A stretch of DNA of 64,000 nt from Felis catus. Taxonomy: Eukaryota. Positions 1 to 11,631 of this stretch are shown here, in pieces; positions within the stretch are counted from its first letter, which is position 1; each line of letters begins with the position of its first letter. The position numbers and the translations under genes are program-made. The notes beneath the pieces were generated by a model. The model ran no database searches, was not told the DNA's origin, and worked only from the letters and a program-made list of their open reading frames with translations. The DNA lies in assembly GCF_018350175.1 (NCBI RefSeq), contig NC_058375.1:199764001-199828000 (forward strand), given 5' to 3'.

Positions 1-619
1 CTATGAACATAGCTAGACTAGCTCTTTTTCTAGTTTATATATGTCTAATACCACTTTTCATTCTTCTTTGGTGCTCTTACACTATAGGTGCAGATACCTT
101 TGGAACCTGTTTTTGTTTTTAATGCACTTTGCCAACCTTTCCTTTTGCTTTCAGCTCATTTGTATTCATGTCAATTATTGATATATTTGGACCCTATTTC
201 TACCATCCAATCTATAAAGTTCAAACCACTTTTTATTCCCTTCCTATATTATTGCTTTAAACTGATAACTATATATTTCTCCCCTAATAAGAACTTCTTC
301 CTGCTTAAAGAACGTTTCTCCATTCTCATCCCCAAAACTCCCATGTTAATCCCAGATTTTCAATTCAGGGTTAGAGAGAGACATTTTCTCCTACCTTTTT
401 TTTTTTTTTTTTTTTTTAATTTAAAGACAATCTTTCCGAGGTTTCTGTTAACTACTTTGCATACCTCTTGCCATTTCTCCTGCGTTTTCTCTCATGTAGA
501 AATCATATGCAGTGTTGTGGTCTCTGTAGGGACAAATTCATTTTTAAAAATAAATTGTAACAAATCATGCCTGTGGAAAGTGCATAAAACATCTACAGTT
601 TAAAGAATAATATGTGAAC

Positions 620-816
620 GGGTGCTTGGGTGGCTCACTCAGTTAAGCGTCTGCCTTTGGCTCAGGTTGCGATCTCACGGTTGGTGAGTTCTAGCCCCGC
701 ATTGGGCTCTGTGCTGACAGTGCCCAGTCTGCTTGGGATTCTCTCTCCCTCTCTCTCTGCCACTTCCCTGCTCACTTGCTGTTTCCCAAAATAAATACAC
801 TTAAAAAAAAAAAAAA
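620..816 (+). mobile_element. Can-SINE (tRNA-derived)
   Basis: GGGTGCTTGGGTGGCTCA head, CT-rich segment, A tail. Confidence 0.93.
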
Positions 817-959
817 CATGTAAAGAAACACTTATGTCACCATCAACCAGGTTAAGGAAAGTAATTTTTGCCAGCAGCACCCCCCATGCCTGTTCTGGAT
901 TATTTTCCCATTTTTCCCTCCAGGAAACTACCTTGGGCCTTTTATGATAATCAATAACT

Positions 960-1290
960 TGTTTTGCTTCTCACCAGTTGGGTGATCTTGGGCATGTGGT
1001 TTGAACTCTTACAGTTTGTTTCCTTCCTCACTTGTAAAATAAGGAAGGATTTGCTTCTGGAAAGGCTGAGTAGCTCTTGGTTAAAAGTACTTCTGGTTAA
1101 AGACACACGAAGCCAGTTTGTCAGGTTCAGGTCACAACACTGCTACTAACAAGCTGAGTGATGTTAGGCTATGCACTCAGCCTTTGCCTCACTTTCTGTC
1201 TCTATGCACCTCATAGCGCTGTTACGAGGGGTGGGTGAGACAATGTGTAAGAACACTGATGAATACCACCTGGAACATAATAAATACTGT
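960..1290. mobile_element. MIR fragments
   Basis: MIR-core-like text: gtgatcttgggc...ttccttcctcacttgtaaaata and aatgtgtaagaacact...cctggaacataataaat. Confidence 0.55.
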
Positions 1291-1540
1291 ACAAAAGGCT
1301 AGTTACTATTCCTGGTGTTTTTTGTGTATATGGAAGGTGGTGGAGGATGACATTAATGCATGGAACTTGCTTCAAAAGTAGTAAGTGTATATTTGTGGAA
1401 GATTTTATTTCAGTTTCCAAATAGGTAGCCAAGAGATGTCTGATTTCCTTCAGCCTTTCATCGACTCTGTTTCCCCACACCTCACTTCTTACCAGTAGGC
1501 AAAAAGATATTGCAGAGACTTTCTGTAAGTAAAGAGGCAT

Positions 1541-1773
1541 TTTGTTTTCTTTTTTTAAATTAAAAAAAAATTTTTTTTAGTGTTTATTTAATTTTGAGAG
1601 AGACAGAGTGGGAGTGGGGAAGGGGTAGAGAGAGAGGGAGACCCAGAATCCGAAGCAGGCTCCAGACTCTGAGCAGTCAGCACAGAGCCCGATGGGGAAC
1701 TTGAACTCACAGACTGTGAGATCATGACCTGAGCTGAAGTTGGACGCTCAACCAACTGAGCCACTCAGGACCC
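1541..1773 (-). mobile_element. Can-SINE inserted at the poly(T) end of an L1M fragment
   Basis: Reverse-complement SINE: T tail, gagagagacagag, gagatcatgacctgagc, ccactcaggaccc. Confidence 0.93.
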
Positions 1774-1776
1774 GTC

Positions 1777-2440
1777 TTTTTTTTTTTTTTTTGAAATAAG
1801 AGTCACATAACACAAAATTGACCATTTTAACAACTCCAACATGTACAAATCAGTGATTTTTAAGTGTATATATTCACAAATTTATGTCACCACCACTGCC
1901 TAGTTCTAGAACATTGTCATCAACCCAAAACAAAGCCTGTTCCTATTAGCAGTTACTCTATTCCTCGCTTCTCCCTGCCCCTAGTACCCTCTAATCTACT
2001 TTCTCTTTTGGTTTGCCTATCCTGGACACTTCATATAATTGGACTCATGATATATAGCCTTTTGTGCCTGACTTCGTTCACTTAGCATAGTGTTTTCAAG
2101 GTTCATGTTGTGGTGTGTATCAGAACTTCATTTCTTTTTACAGTCAAATACTATTCCCTTGTACGGACACACCACATTTGTTTATCCATTCATCAGTTGA
2201 TAAACATTTGGATGGTTTCCACCTTTCGTCTATTAGGAATAATGGTGCTATGAACGTTCGTGTACAGGTTTTGATGTGAACATCTGTTTTTGGTTCTCCA
2301 GAGTATATACCTAGGAGTGGAATTGCTGGGTTCTACACAATTCTGGGGTTAACTTTTTGGAGAACCACCAAATTTTCACAGCAGCTGGACCGTTTTACCT
2401 TTTCACGGCAATGGATGAGGGTTTCAGTTTCTCTACCAAA
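1777..2440 (-). mobile_element. Old L1 (L1MB-like) 3' end
   Basis: Typical L1M 3' text: ttcacttagcatagtgttttcaaggttcatg, tttatccattcatcagttgat, atacctaggagtggaattgctggg. Confidence 0.85.
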
Positions 2441-3750
2441 GCTGCATGTTTTCGAGGCAAATATAACTTTTTAGCGCTTGGCTCAGCATCTTACATCTAA
2501 TGCTGAATTAATTAGATCAGTGGGTTTCATTGTCAAGTCCCGTCCAGCCGTTTGCTGGCAGAGGCAACGTTTCCTTCTGGAAAGAAACGGCAGTTTCCAA
2601 AGTACTGTAATGCAAGGAGAGAAAAGAGAAGGCCAAGGGAAAATCCTTGGCCTTCACTGCATTATGTGGGAGAGGAGCCTCCTGTGGCGGGCAGCGTGCA
2701 GACGTGTGTTCCAGGGCCCCAAGCTGCCTGCCTCCCTCGGCCTCCACGCAGCGCTAATTGTGAGTCTTCGGGGCTCCACACAAGAGCTATTTTAGAGATA
2801 AATTTGGCTCCTAAGGTTGTTAAAACGCGCATGTCTCTAAAGAGTAAGTAAAAAGGAATTCAAGGAAATGTAAAACATGCTTTAATATCTTCTACCTGAC
2901 CCTAGTGAGGAATGTTAGAAAAGGAATTTCCATTCTTTGCTTTCAGCTGAAGCACCATTTCTCTTGCTGTTTTATTAGAGTATTTTCTTCCTTTGTGATT
3001 TATATAGATTTTTGTTTGCAATTCAAATTAATCTTTTATTTCAATGAAGTTATGGAGTGAGCCAATGTGGCAATGATTATAACTCTCATTTCAAATGTGA
3101 GTTCCATATACTCTTTAAAAATAATGTTCTTAGCCTGAAAAACCCACAGCAGGCAAGGTCATCCTTGTGTTGTTCTCCTTTATCACCCTTTATGCTTATC
3201 TTTAAGTGTTCCCGAACACGAGAAGTCCCAAGAGTGGTCTTTTTTTTTTTTTTTTAATGGTTGAAATCTATCTCCTGAAAATGGGATTTTTTAATTGTAG
3301 CTTGCCACTTTCCCTACCACAGTAATGGGAATTTACTGAATAGGAAGCAATTTCAGCATTTAAATGTGCTGATGTGATGTTTCTTAATCACTTTAATGAG
3401 TTTCATGCAACTAGAAATGGAATAGAATTTTCGATGGAAATATAATTAAATAGAAAAGTCATTTCCTATACTTGTAATTTCCACCTGATCATTTCTTTAT
3501 TCACCGCCTTAGAAAGTGTGCCTTACAGACTTATAGTGATATTATTATACAGACTAATGTGCATCATTCACTTAGGTCATTAGAGCTGAAAACAATATAA
3601 ATACACAGTAAATTTCATTGCAAATCAAATGCAGCAAGGCAAGGTAAAGCTTCAAACCTATGATTTTTCTTTTTGATTCTGATATATTTGTTAGTTTTAC
3701 CTGATTTTTTCTTAAATTGGCAATTTCCTGCCTGAATCCAGATTGGTCTT

Positions 3751-3987
3751 TTTTTTTTTTTTTTTTTTAATGTTTATTTTACTTTTGAGAGAGAGAATAA
3801 GACAGCGCGAGAGAGTGCATGCATAGTGGGGGAGGGGCAGAGACAGAGGGAGAGAGAATCCCAAGCAGTCTCCACACTGGCAGCAGGGAACCTGATAACG
3901 GGGCTTCAACTCGCTTTCAATGGAACCGTGAGATCATGACCTGAGCCAAAGTTGGATGCTCAACTGACTGAGCTACCCAGGTGCCCC
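3751..3987 (-). mobile_element. Can-SINE
   Basis: SINE body with TSD cag(a/g)ttggtctttt on both sides. Confidence 0.93.
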
Positions 3988-5124
3988 CAGGTTGGTCTTT
4001 TAATTATGCATTTTCAACCTGGTCTGTTTAAGACAGGTCTCAGGAAGAAGTATCATGAGTCAGTAAAAACTGTTTAAAGAACTTTGGAAATCCTCTTGGT
4101 TCTTGTTTTTGAATCATTTTTCTGAGAAATAGTAAAACAAAGTTTTACCATTCTTGCATTGTGATGCCAAAACATAAAAGGCCACTGAAATTTGTTTAAT
4201 TTGTTCTGATTATTTGAATGTAGTTAACCGATTCACTATTGAAACAGTTTAATTTTAAAATTAATGTATTGCTCTTGAGAATCTAGCAGACATTTTGGAA
4301 AACATGGTATTTTTAAATCTTAAATATGGAGCTTGTGTTTTTTTTTTTTTTTTTTTACATATCAGTGTATAAGTTGTCAAGAGGCTTTGCTGTCCATTTA
4401 ATCAATACAGTCCAAGTGGATTTACCTAAACTCACATTTGGGAAGATAGTTTTAGGTTGCAGATAGTGGTTCGAAGCACATTCTCAACTGATAGCTGCTC
4501 TTTGGTCATGTTTTAAAATATAAAGACTGTTAAGCAAGATGGAGTCGGGGTGTAGACCTTGACCCACGTGTTACCTGGGCTTCCTCTTCACATATGGAAA
4601 TGGAGGGACCCGTGTGCATTCTCATAGGTAGGCCTGCACCTTCAGTGGGACAATCCACTGCACAGTGTGCATAGATTTGTATCGAATCACATGTTCTCTT
4701 CAGCGATGAATGATGACAAATGAGAGAGTCACTTAATATCACCATGATCTGTTTCTTCTGTGATTTATCTCTCTCTCTCTTTTTTAAACGTATTCAGAAC
4801 TGCTGTCTTGGTCATTACTGGCCTAATAAAGCTGAAAGATGAGGAACGTTAAACAGAAACCTAGGGTTAGCTTCTATGTCCTGCTAAGGAAAACTGATCT
4901 GAGCTGCATTCTTTATAAAATTAGACTGTAAAACCTTGTCCCAGTGAGACACTAAATGTCAGGGCATTTTATAAACCATAAATCAATTCAGATGTGAGAT
5001 GTTTTTTTTTAAACAAATGAACCCTGAGGAAATCTCTTTCTGTATTTAGTCTTAATATTCATTGGCAAGTATTTATTGAAATATTTTCTTCTGTTACTCA
5101 ACAGTGTACAAAAAATGTTTTCCA

Positions 5125-5344
5125 AAGGCACTTGGGTGGCTGTCGGTTAAGTGTCCAACTCTTGATTTCGGCCCAAGTCGTGATCTCCAGTCATGATCTC
5201 ACGGTTTCTGGGATTGAGCCCCGTGTCAGGCTCTGCGAGGACAGTGTGGAGCCTGCTTGAGATTCTTTCTCCCTCGCTCTCTGCCCCTCCCCCACTCACG
5301 TGTGTGCATGCATGCTCTCTCTCTCTTTCAAATATAAACTTTAA
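5125..5344 (+). mobile_element. Can-SINE
   Basis: 14-bp TSD aaaaatgttttcca at 5111-5124 and 5345-5358. Confidence 0.94.
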
Positions 5345-6014
5345 AAAAATGTTTTCCATCTCTTGTATATTATGAATTACTAATTTTTAACTAATTAGGA
5401 ATCAGCTGTTTTCCAACACCATTATTTACTGTTTTAGATGCCAGATTCGATCTCAACGTTTTGTTGTTTCCCCAAAGTTAAACTGAAAAGGAGATGTCTC
5501 TGTAGGTCAGGAGTGTGCAAACTCTGTTCCCCGCTCTGCTGGGGCACCTCAAAAGTGTCAGCTGGCAGGAAGCAAGCAGAGCTGGGTTGAGGTTCTCCTA
5601 TCACAGCATCTCCTTAAGACAGAACTCCTCTGGGATATACTGTTCAAGTAGTTTTAACATCACTGGCCTCCTTTTGTTTTCCTTGCAGGTAACCTCTTTG
5701 AATGGGTGTTTATTCAATGAAGGATGGCATGGAGAGGGGAGGGAAGGAAGAATGATAGTTGGAAAAAAACAACCAAAGGTTCTTTCAATCCCACTTCTGA
5801 AGAACCAGCTAGCAAGCTAAATAAATATTTGAGTCCACTGAAATCTGGTAAAGCAGAAATATAAAACTAGCTCCATTACTGAAGAGATGAAATGATAAGA
5901 ATGAATCTGTTTTTGTAGTGACAGATTTAGAAAATTTTGTATGTAAATCGCCAAGGGGGAAGCTGTACACATCATTGGTTTTCCAATGTTTGCTGAATTG
6001 AAAAACAACATTAA

Positions 6015-6226
6015 TTAAAAAAAAAAAATTTTGTTTATTTCTGAGAGAGAGACAGAGCATGAGTGGGGGAGGGGCAGAGAGAGAGAGGGAGACACAGAAT
6101 CCCAAGCAGGCTCCAGGCTCTGAGCTGTCAGCACAGACCCCAACACGGGGCTCGAACTCATGAGCCATGAGATCATGACCTGAATTCAAATCAGACACTT
6201 AACTGACTGAGCCACCCAGGTGCCCC
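6015..6226 (-). mobile_element. Can-SINE (feliform Fc-type) just downstream of the FN1 3' end
   Basis: Contains ggctccaggctctgagctgtcagcacaga and ends gagccacccaggtgcccc. Confidence 0.94.
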
Positions 6227-6283
6227 TGAAAAGGAACATCTGTGGGGATTCTTCTTTACCCCAAATTCCTTTATACAACATTC

Positions 6284-6443
6284 NNNNNNNNNNNNNNNNN
6301 NNNNNNNNNNNNNNNNNNNNNNNNNNNNNNNNNNNNNNNNNNNNNNNNNNNNNNNNNNNNNNNNNNNNNNNNNNNNNNNNNNNNNNNNNNNNNNNNNNNN
6401 NNNNNNNNNNNNNNNNNNNNNNNNNNNNNNNNNNNNNNNNNNN
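6284..6443. other. N-gap, 160 nt (end of 3'UTR)
   Basis: Run of N. Confidence 0.99.
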
Positions 6444-6986
6444 TTTCCATATAAAAATACTGGGAAAAATTGATAAATAACAGGTAAGAGAAAGATATTT
6501 CTAGACCATTACTAGAATCATTTGGAAAAGGTGAATACTGTGGATATTTTAAATATCACAGTTACAAGGACATGCCGTCCCTACAATACTGCAGGCCAGT
6601 TAAGTGGAAGCAGAAGTGTTTGGGTAACTTTCCTACTTAAAAATTTGAGAATATCATTTCAATACATTTTGTATGTCGGTTGGTGCCTATGCTTCCCTAT
6701 TGATCCCAAACCAAATCACAAGTTAGAATCATTTCATTTAAAATACTGAGCGGTATTGAATACTTCGGAGCAGAACAGGCGATGTACTGCTTCCATTTAT
6801 GAGAAAAGTCTCAAAACACTCCCAGGGTGATGCTTGGAGAAGCTGTGAGTTGAGCTGAAGCTGGAGAAGTCACTCCAGAGCAAAGGGCTTAAGAAAGAAA
6901 CTCTCTAAGATGGGGTCTGCTAACATCACTCCAGTTTGGATGGACCTTGGCAGAGAATCCATGCTTGTTTCTCTGGATTGAAAATA
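6284..6986 (-). other. FN1: FN1 3' UTR; poly(A) signal region presumed to lie in the N-gap 6284-6443
   Basis: Follows the stop codon and resembles the human FN1 3'UTR as recalled; the recalled terminal segment containing AATAAA is where the gap sits. Confidence 0.85.
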
Positions 6987-7058
6987 TCACTCTCGGGAAT
7001 CTTCTCTGTCAGCCTGTACATCTAAAGGCATGAAGCATTCAATTGGGCAGTTGACATT
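6987..7058 (-). CDS. FN1: FN1 exon 46 coding part (interchain disulfide CPIEC, stop TGA)
   Basis: NVNCPIECFMPLDVQADREDSRE*; acceptor ttttaacag|AAT. Confidence 0.98.
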   Translation of the reverse strand, partial: NVNCPIECFMPLDVQADREDSRE

Positions 7059-7283
7059 CTGTTAAAACAGAAAAGGAAAGAAAAAAAAAGCAGCATTCTG
7101 TTAAAATAGAAGAAAAATTTATAAAAAAAATCCTGTAAAGTTACAGAAAAAAGGTGGGGAGGATTTTATGACAACTACTTATAGGTAGATGATTTTTAGC
7201 TTCAAGAACTTATCAATGTACCGGGCAATAGGAGATGTTTAAGAGTTTAATAAGTCTGAACCTAAATTATGTCATAGGGTACA

Positions 7284-7521
7284 CACTCTTATGTGGATCC
7301 TGAGAAACTTAACAGAAGACCATGGGTGAGGGGAAGAAAAAAAAAAGAGGGAGGGAGCCAAAGCATAAGAGAATCTTAAAAACTGAGAACAAACCAAAGG
7401 TTGATGGGGAGTGGGAGGGAGGGGAGGGTGGGTGATGGGTATTGAGGAGGGCACCTGTTGGGATGAGCACTGGGTATTGTATGGAAACCAATTTGACAAT
7501 AAATTTCATATTTAAAAAAAA
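7284..7521 (+). mobile_element. 5'-truncated feliform L1 3' end in the last intron, antisense to FN1
   Basis: cactcttatgtggatcctgagaaacttaacagaagacc...G-rich tract...gacaataaatttcatatttAAAA. Confidence 0.9.
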
Positions 7522-7644
7522 GGTGTTTTTTAAAAATTAAAAATATTTGGTTCATTCAGAAGAAAGGTAGCTACAGAAAGAGACTCCCTACTAGGTGTCT
7601 AACTGCGTTTAGGGAAGAAACACTCGAGGTGCAGGTGCACGTAC

Positions 7645-7752
7645 AGTGTTCGTTCTCTGATGGTATCTCTGCGAGTACTGGTTGTAGTGGCCGGTGGAGC
7701 CTTCGTGACCGGGTTCAGCCCCTGGTCTTCGGCAGTTGTCACAGCGCCAGCC
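7645..7752 (-). CDS. FN1: FN1 exon 45 (FnI-12b plus linker)
   Basis: [36 protein letters not shown]; cag|GGC...ACT|gtacgt; 108 nt. Confidence 0.98.
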
Positions 7753-8289
7753 CTGAGAGAACACAGGCATGAAGTCAGATGGGGTTTATGATAACCTGGG
7801 AGCATCACAATTTAGGTCTTCCACGTTGGCAAAGTATAAGCTATAAGCGGTTAACCACTGAGGGAGCTTAGATGAGGATTTTATGCATTTACAACTTGTA
7901 GAATACATTTGGGCTTATTGCTTATATCTTATAATTGCCCCTGTCTACTTATGCTTTTCCTGAAATGTTCTCCCTTCTCTCCCTATTCAAACCCCACCCA
8001 TCTGCTAAGAGTCATTCCAGTCCCAACTTCCTAAGTAAGCTTTCTGCACTAGAAGACAGGTTTTCCTAGAATCCTAGAGCTTTTTAAAATGGGCTTGCGA
8101 TCACAGGGACAAACACCCTCATTTTGCCGATAAGGAAACTCAGGCCCAAAGAGTTACTTGCACAGAGCAAGTGGGAGAACCTCGTACTGAACTGCCGGTG
8201 GATTTGGGACTGCCACCCAGCTGCGTGACTCCTGGCCATCTCTAGCTGTTGTCACTTCTTCCTAAATTTCCATGCCTAGTGTGCATTGT

Positions 8290-8659
8290 AGCCTTTCATC
8301 TGGCCAGACGCGGGATGAGAGATGGGAACAGGACGGAGCGGGGCCACTGAGACTCCTCCCTGAGAGTTTTGCTAGAAATGTTAGGGAACAGGTTCTTTTT
8401 CGTTGTTGCTCCTAAGCCTGTAGGTGATAAACATGGAGCTGACAGAGGTCATCTTTCTCACTATCAGCAGGAGTTTCTAGAAAACAAAGCCAATACAAAG
8501 GAACAAAGCATATGAGAGAGTGAGAGACTCTGAATGCCACTGCCGGAGCAGCCCTGAAGCTGGTCGATCCTGGACTCTTCAGCTTTGTGAGTCTTTTTTT
8601 GCCTAAATCAGCTTGAGTTGAGCTTTCCTCTCATAACCAAAAGAACCTCAAATAATACA
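8290..8659 (+). mobile_element. MLT1 (ERVL-MaLR) solo LTR remnant
   Basis: 3' part resembles MLT1: cctgaagc...ctggactcttcagctttgtgag...cagcttgagttgagctttcctctcataaccaaaaga...aataca. Confidence 0.65.
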
Positions 8660-8723
8660 ATCACTTTCTTCTACTGTCACTTAAATATTCCAGACATATT
8701 TCTCCATTAAAAAGTATATTCCC

Positions 8724-8906
8724 GGGGCGCCTGGATGGCTCAGTAGGTTAGGTATCTGACTCCTGATTTCGGCTCAGGTCATGATTTCACGGTTTGGGAG
8801 TTCGAGCTCCATGTTGGGCTCTGCGCTGGTGGTACAAAGCCTGCTTGGGATTGTCTCTCTCCCTCTCTCTCTGCCTCTCCCCTGCTCTCTCTCAATAAAA
8901 CTTATA
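8724..8906 (+). mobile_element. Can-SINE
   Basis: TSD aaaaag(t/c)atattcc at 8709-8722 and 8907-8920. Confidence 0.94.
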
Positions 8907-9609
8907 AAAAAGCATATTCCTCCTAATACCTAATACAGGTAAATACCTACTTACAGAATCACTGAATCTGGCTTCTACACACACAAAAATGTAACAGTTT
9001 CTACTGCTGTCTTTAGTGTTTCATTTAGCACTTTCTTTAGAACAGAACAGGTGTCACAAATGAAAGATTTCATGTGCATAAATAATGAGGAGATGCTGAA
9101 GTGAGACCACAGTCTAAAAATTAACTTTCCATCACACATTTCTATACCAACCACTTACCAGAAATGCCTGAGTTCTATGATCACAGTCTTTGTTTAATGA
9201 GAGACAGTGAGCACCTCCACAGGTTCCCTCCATCAGAGGGAGGAGGTCAGAATACTTTCCATGAGCTCAGGTCCTCAGGTGGGGACAGAGGCAGACACCT
9301 GAAGACCCTTCCCTGCCTTTCTAAAAACCATTTTCATCATGTTCCTTTTCTTCTTGGGTACCTACAGTTGACTAATACCAAAGGCATCAACCAGTGAATC
9401 TTACCCTGGGGTGGGGAGCAGGCTCTTCATGTATCAGAATGTGAGGAGCTGTTGGAGAGGGTGTGTTTTCATTGAAAATAAAAGGAGTGTTATGTTTCAT
9501 GGCTTGTGAGTTATAAGAACCATTTTATTTTGAAATTTCAAATAATATTAGAGAAAAGCACAGCATTTTCTATCATACTGAGGTAGAGCACAGACTAGAA
9601 ATGGTTGAG

Positions 9610-9806
9610 GGGCCCCTGGGTGGCTCAGTTGGTTAAGTGTCTGACTCTTGATTTCGGCTCAGGTCATGACCTCACGGTTCGCGGGTTTGAGCCAGAGTCA
9701 GGCTCTGTATTGTCAGCAGGAAGCCTGCTTGGGATTCTCTCCCTCTCTGCCCCTCCCCTGCGTGCACACGCGCACATGCTCTCTGTCTCAATAAATAAAC
9801 TTAAAA
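9610..9806 (+). mobile_element. Can-SINE
   Basis: TSD gaaatggttgag at 9598-9609 and 9808-9819. Confidence 0.94.
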
Positions 9807-10017
9807 GGAAATGGTTGAGAAGTTCCAGTTTAAATGATGGACTTCCAAGCCTTTCCATAAGTGGCTTCCCCTTCTTCTCATCTGATTTGTTACCATAAGA
9901 CACTCTGCAGATGGGTGGCTCCCTGGACCCCACATATGCCAGCCCCTTCCCTCCTCAGGTGCTTTACTCTGGTCTCTCTGCTTCCTCCTCTTCCCTCAAC
10001 CTATTTTAAACAATCTA

Positions 10018-10225
10018 GGGGCATCTGGGTGGCTCAGTCGGTTAGGCGTCTGACTCTTCATTTCGGCTCAGGTTTTGTGAGTTCGAGCCCCCACGCTGGG
10101 CTCTGTGCACTGACCACATGGAGCTTGCTTGGGATTCTCCCTCTCTCCCTCTTTCTCTGCCTCTCCCCACTCGCACGCTCTGTCTCTCTCAAAATAAATA
10201 AATAAACTTAAAAAAAAACAAAAAA
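10018..10225 (+). mobile_element. Can-SINE with small internal deletion
   Basis: ggggcatctgggtggctcagtcgg head; the catgatctcacgg segment is missing. Confidence 0.92.
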
Positions 10226-10847
10226 CGAAACATCCTAAACCCCAGCCAGTTCATGTTTCTCATTCCATGGAAACTTTCTTGCTGATTCCAGCCTACCTGG
10301 AAAGTATTTGTCAGACTCACTAAGAAACTTAATCAGCTTGACTTTCAGTGTATGCTAATTTAATGTTTCCAAATATATCATGAAAAGCCAGGACCATTTC
10401 TCCTTCCCTCTGTCCCATATTCCTGAAGCACAGTGCTAGACCAACAGCAGGGATCTATTACTGGATTGAGAGAGGATACAAGAAAGTGGTAATTTCTTAG
10501 GTCCAGGATGTTATTCAGAATATTTAATAGCAATGCCACAGGGACACCTATCTATCAGAATGGATCTAGAGGCCCAGTGCTGTGCAGCATTTAACACTTT
10601 AATTTAAGATGAAGAATTGAGACAGCCCAAGAATAGTAGGTGTGAGATGAAGGGCTGGGGCTGCCACGGAGGGGAGAGCTGGGAAGGGGTGTAGAGGGGC
10701 TTAACGTTGGCAGCTATGTGCCAACAGGAAATGAGGTATTTCTACTTTCATAACGGGCACTACCACACCTTTGTGTACAGCACACACACAGGAAGCTGAC
10801 CTCTTAATCCCCAGTGCAGGAGCCCCCTCTTTGTCTTATTTAAATTA

Positions 10848-10997
<150 letters not shown>

Positions 10998-11370
10998 TCA
11001 TGTAAGATTGAGAATAATACAGACCTCACCTTCCTAAAGAGGGTGGGTTCTGTTTCTCTCCCAAATTTGCATCATCACAGCCGAAATCCTACATGTTTGT
11101 GAAAACCATTGTTAGGAGAGGTACTGCTGTATAGATCTTAGGGCAGCACTTCCAGAAACTAACTCTGATAAACTGGATAAGGTTCATATTTTAAAAGTTG
11201 AATCTAAAGAACCATAAAGCTTTCTTGTAGTATTTCACTGCAGCTTGTGGTCAAAATACTGAGGAAAAGTGCTTATGTGCCCTGTAATAACATTAAATCA
11301 TGGCTCATTTTTGAAGCTTGTCTCCACTTCCCCAAATCAAAAGATTAACAAACCCACTGCTCACTCCTCA

Positions 11371-11631
<261 letters not shown>

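Noticed and set aside
88-603. 171-aa ORF
   Set aside because: Low-complexity, poly(T)-driven Phe/Leu run with a non-ATG start; no homology recognised
1-6000. Exons of the neighbouring gene (ATIC in human synteny)
   Set aside because: No recognisable ATIC peptide in any frame I examined
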